This document shows, piece after piece, positions 60,219 through 64,000 of a stretch of DNA of 64,000 nucleotides. The position numbers and the translations under genes are program-made. The notes under the pieces are model-generated. The model was not told the origin of the DNA and ran no database searches. It saw only the letters and a list, made by a program, of their open reading frames with translations. Source of the stretch: Dimorphilus gyrociliatus (taxonomy: Eukaryota > Animalia > Annelida); assembly GCA_904063045.1 (NCBI GenBank), contig CAJFCJ010000005.1, positions 28,569-92,568 of the forward strand. The letters run 5' to 3'. Numbering within the stretch: the stretch's first letter is position 1; every line of letters begins with the position of its first letter.

Positions 60219-62887
60219 GGCTTAGGGTCAGAACGCCCCTGGTCAGTACGCCCCAGGTCAGAACGCCCCAATTTTGGGTCAGAACGCCCCATTCTTGATT
60301 TCGAATGCCCCACTCATGAGTCAGAACGCCCCACTGATTTTTGAAGAACATAATATTTTTTAATGCTGTACTTATTAAATTAAAAAAAGTCAATTGAATA
60401 TAAAAATATATATGCATAATGTATTTTTTGTCTTAAAGTACAAAAGCTTAAACAAATATAATAAGTGATCACAAAAAAAGAAATAATTTTTCAAGCAATG
60501 TTCAAGTCAATTAAACCCTTTAAGAGATTATCTAAACTTAATTCTCTTACTTCAAACTTCTTCCACAACTCAAAGATAATATCCTGCAAATCTTTATATT
60601 TATTCTTCTGATTCTGTCTCATTTTATTTTCCACCAACATATCCTCATAAACTTCAATAAGGCTGCTTTCTCTATGAAGTTCAGTGATAAGAGTATAAAA
60701 GTTTTCATTGCTTTTCAAATTTTGATTGATTCTTGTGTGCCAAGACTCTACATGATTATTTGTACGAACTATTAATTTATAAACTGACCAATTTTCTGGT
60801 TTCCAAATATTGCTTTCAATGTAAGTAGATTCCATATACTCAAGAAGATCAGCATATAAATTCAGTTCCAAAAGTTCCTCTTTAATTTGATAAAACTTTT
60901 GTTTGATGAATGATGCTGGTAAGTATGCTAGACACATTAGTTTTCTTAACACATTTCCTTTATAACCTTTCATTTTATAGTCCTTGATGTATCCTAATTT
61001 CTAAAAAGAAAATTTGTATTTGTTAATTTCTTAATTTCACAAATTAAATCTGTAACAGAATTGTTATAATTACTTTAATTTACCTGTATGTTTTTAAGAA
61101 TTGCTTGTTTAAAATGAAAAGCACATCCTTGTAGATCAGAATCAACAAAAGCATTTTTTAAAGATATCCAAAGAGCTTTTTCAAAATCAAGAACAAACTT
61201 TTTTGGGCTTTTTCCATCTATTAAGATTTTTAACTCCTTGTAAAGAAAAATATATCTTTAGAATTTTTACTCAAATATTTACTTTAGAAAGCCAACCTCA
61301 AATATAAATGAATAATGTTTCTTCTTCTTTCCTGTCATGAGGACAAACATTAAAGGAACTTGTTTATATTCACCTTCTTTTCTTATAAATCCATGAATTG
61401 TAAACAATTGGTAAAAAGGTTTTCTCACAATTTTAAATGTGGCATCAATAAACCATATCTTACAATGTTTCAATAATTTAATTTGATGGTCAGTTGCAAA
61501 CATCATGTTTCGGCTTTTCTTCCCTTTTATATCTTTTAAGAAAAAATTATCTGGAATTTCATTTAAATTTAATTCAAACATAATGTTTTCTGGGTGCTTT
61601 GGTCTGGCACCTTCTCTGTATCTATTAGCAGATCTTTTCATGACATCAATGCTTGGAATATGAGAAATATCCTTTCTGAACTTCAGACTGATATCTTCTG
61701 CAATTCTTTTACCAGATTTGTCTTTATCAATAATTGCAGCTTCCTTTAAATTTAACCTTGCTTCAATAATTTTTCTCATATCATTTTTCTCTCTTTTGTG
61801 AATGTGATTAGAATTTTTCAAAATGAACTTTAAATCTTTTTGAATTACAGATGCAAGACATGGTGATTTTTTAGTTCTTTGACTACATTTCCAGGTAATG
61901 GTTGTTTCACTTGATCTTTTTACAGTATAAGTAAAATTATTGTGAAGAAGAATATCTTTTCCTTTTCTGCTCCCATTCTTAAATATTTCAAAATCATGTT
62001 TTAAATTATCATTTAGACAAAGCTCTCTTGTATCATTAAAAGAAGATTCATTATTTATATCAATTCTTCTTACAACTGGACTATTTTCTGTAACAATTTT
62101 AGCAGGTTGATGTTGATCTTCTCTTGAAATTCCATCATTATCAATATCAATATCTTTATCACAACTCTCCATTCCATTATTCCCTGGAGTACTTGAAACA
62201 TCAGGGAAATTAGATTCAAAGTCAAAAGATAACCTCAGCTATAGTAAAACATTAAATAGTTTTTTTAACAGATATTTGTTAAATATTTTGTACCTGTTCG
62301 GAACTTGAACTTTCACTAACAGTTTCATTTCCAAATACTTTTGAACATGTTGGTGATTTTTGTTTTCCAGCTTTTTTATTTTAACAATTAGCTTTTTGTT
62401 TTTTATATTAAAACAGTCTATACAATAATCTGCATCTGAGGAAATGGTTAAATAGAAAAGAAATATTAAAGAATAAAATCTTACTATTTGAACATTTAGC
62501 ATGGTAAAAGTGCCTACATAATTTGCATCTAAACTTCTTTTGAGTCCAATGAAACTTCTTCATACATTTCCAACAAGTTTTTAAATTCATCCTCCTTTTT
62601 TCAGTGAGACATTAACAGCAAAAAAATTAATTATACTAAGATGAATTATATTTAAGCAACACAATTTCTGAGAATAAACTGATAAAAAAAAAACTGGTAA
62701 AAATATTTATAATAACTGGTATATAAGAATATTTTTCTCTCAGCATTGTTTTCTATAATTCTCTAAAGAGAGTGGGGCGTTCTGACTCATGAGTGGGGCG
62801 TTCAAAATCAAGAATGGGGCGTTCTGACCCAAAATTGGGGCGTTCTGACCTGGGGCGTACTGACCTGGGGCGTTCTGACCCGACCCC
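60219..62887 (-). mobile_element. Inner MULE, 2669 bp, apparently intact
   Basis: 9-bp TSD CATTTTTAA (60210-60218, 62888-62896); ~115-bp near-identical TIRs built from GGTCAGAACGCCCC units. Confidence 0.92.
60491..62590 (-). CDS. Spliced PHD-FLYWCH-MULE DDE transposase
   Basis: CWKC..CKLC..HAKC|..CIDC (PHD); GKDILLHNNFTY..TWKCSQR..C (FLYWCH); WFIDATF, VLDFE, GCAFHF, TNNHVESWH; about five exons with GT-AG introns and no stop seen in the exon frames (exon 2 donor uncertain). Confidence 0.8.
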
Positions 62888-64000
62888 CATTTTTAAAATG
62901 ATAAACACATCCTTGAATTGTTGTTGGAAACATTTCTTCAATGGCCTTCCATAAGGCTGCCTCAAAGTCAACTACTATTTTTTTTGGTTGATGACCTTCT
63001 AAAACATCAGCTAACACCTGAAATATATGTAGTGTAATTCATGAAAATGTGATATATATATATTTACCTTGAAAACAGCTTTATAAGATTTTTTCTTTCT
63101 TTGGCTCATAAAAGCATAAACTAGAGGAACTTGCTTATAATTTCCATTTTTCTTTATGAAAGCATGAACTGTGAAAAGCTGTTGAAATGGTCCTGAAATC
63201 ACTTTGAAGGTTCCATCCATAAATAATATTTTTGCTTGTTTCAACAATTCGATTTGATGATTATTACCAAAAATGATATATCTTGCATCATCCTTTTTAA
63301 TATCCTTTATTAAAAAATTTTCAGGAACAAAATCATTGTGCAAAGTAAATGAAAGATCAGCTGGATTGCTAGGTCTCAATTTTCCTTTGTATCTGTCTGC
63401 TGTTCTTCTCATGCTTTCAATAAGTGGAAGTTTCTTACTTTGATCTAAAAATTTCAAAAGAGTAATCTCTGTAATTTTTTTTCCTGAGTTATTGAAATTT
63501 TTTGTTGAATCTCTGCTTTTACAACTTTTCTCATTTGTGCTTCAACTTCATTGGCACTTGTTTTTGGATGTGAATGTTGCCCTTTTTCTAAAAAAATGTG
63601 ATCCTTTTTGTAGAACAATGGCTGGACATTTGTACTTTCCTGTTCTTTTACTACAGCACCAAGTTGTTTGTCTGTCAGATTTCTTCTTCACTGCAAAAGT
63701 AAAGCCATTTTTTGTCAATAGATCTTTGCCTCTTCTTGATCCATCGTTGATAATTTCAAAGCCTTGCTTTTCTGACTGTTTTGTTGATTGACTGGGTGTC
63801 ACCTCAAAAGAACTTTCATCAGAAACATTGATAGAATTTGTGAGATTCTTTGGCTCATAATTGTCATCAGATGATTCTTCAGCATCTATTGAACTTTCAT
63901 GTGAAAAATCAAATGAAAGCTCAAGCTAAAGGTTAAATTTCAAATTTTAAATAATAATAAATTAAATGTCATTCTAAAACACTAACCTCTTGATTATCAA

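Larger units (their letters stand above)
59162..64000 (-). mobile_element. Outer MULE (degenerate), interrupted by a nested MULE; right end outside the window
   Basis: Subterminal GGACAGTTGACCCC array 59169-59320; transposase pieces 63548-63900 (FLYWCH), 63011-63457 (FMDGTF), 62888-63017 (VDFE, GCVYHF), resuming at 60218 (KNAVFKKIQ) and 59624-60085 (TNNDVESCH). Left boundary approximate. Confidence 0.85.

Noticed and set aside
1-64000. tRNA/rRNA genes, primer-binding site, prokaryotic operons
   Set aside because: No cloverleaf or rRNA-like sequence recognised; PBS and 5' LTRs would lie in the gap; spliceosomal introns show the DNA is eukaryotic, so GTG/TTG starts in the ORF track are not meaningful.

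Overview
Strongly AT-rich eukaryotic (animal) genomic DNA with very short GT-AG introns (44-78 nt where I could place them) and one 261-N assembly gap. The style suggests a compact-genome lophotrochozoan such as a small annelid; that is an unverified impression. Host genes: an SDR/retinol-dehydrogenase-like gene (3' part outside the window), three intronless ribonuclease-inhibitor-type LRR ORFs, a multi-exon triple PAN/Apple-domain gene, a large multi-exon ROCO gene (LRR-Roc-COR, possibly with an extra degenerate N-terminal Roc-COR), a 5-exon DNase I-like gene with all recognisable catalytic motifs but no signal peptide, and several decayed LDLa/LRR/7TM (GRL101/RXFP-like) receptor genes. Much of the remainder is transposon-derived: Mutator-like (MULE) elements encoding PHD-FLYWCH-DDE transposases (one apparently intact copy nested in another), MULE-type MITEs with 9-bp TSDs, Tc1-like fragments and two LTR families. 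The most striking element is a Ty3/gypsy-type LTR retroelement present as two head-to-head copies flanking the gap. Its reading frame runs integrase -> retroviral-type aspartic protease -> acidic repeat spacer -> internal signal peptide -> class III-like (gB/chuvirus-G-like) envelope glycoprotein with TM anchor, followed by PPT and LTR. A protease downstream of integrase and fused to Env is not the canonical Metaviridae order. All homology calls are from motif recognition by eye; no searches were run.
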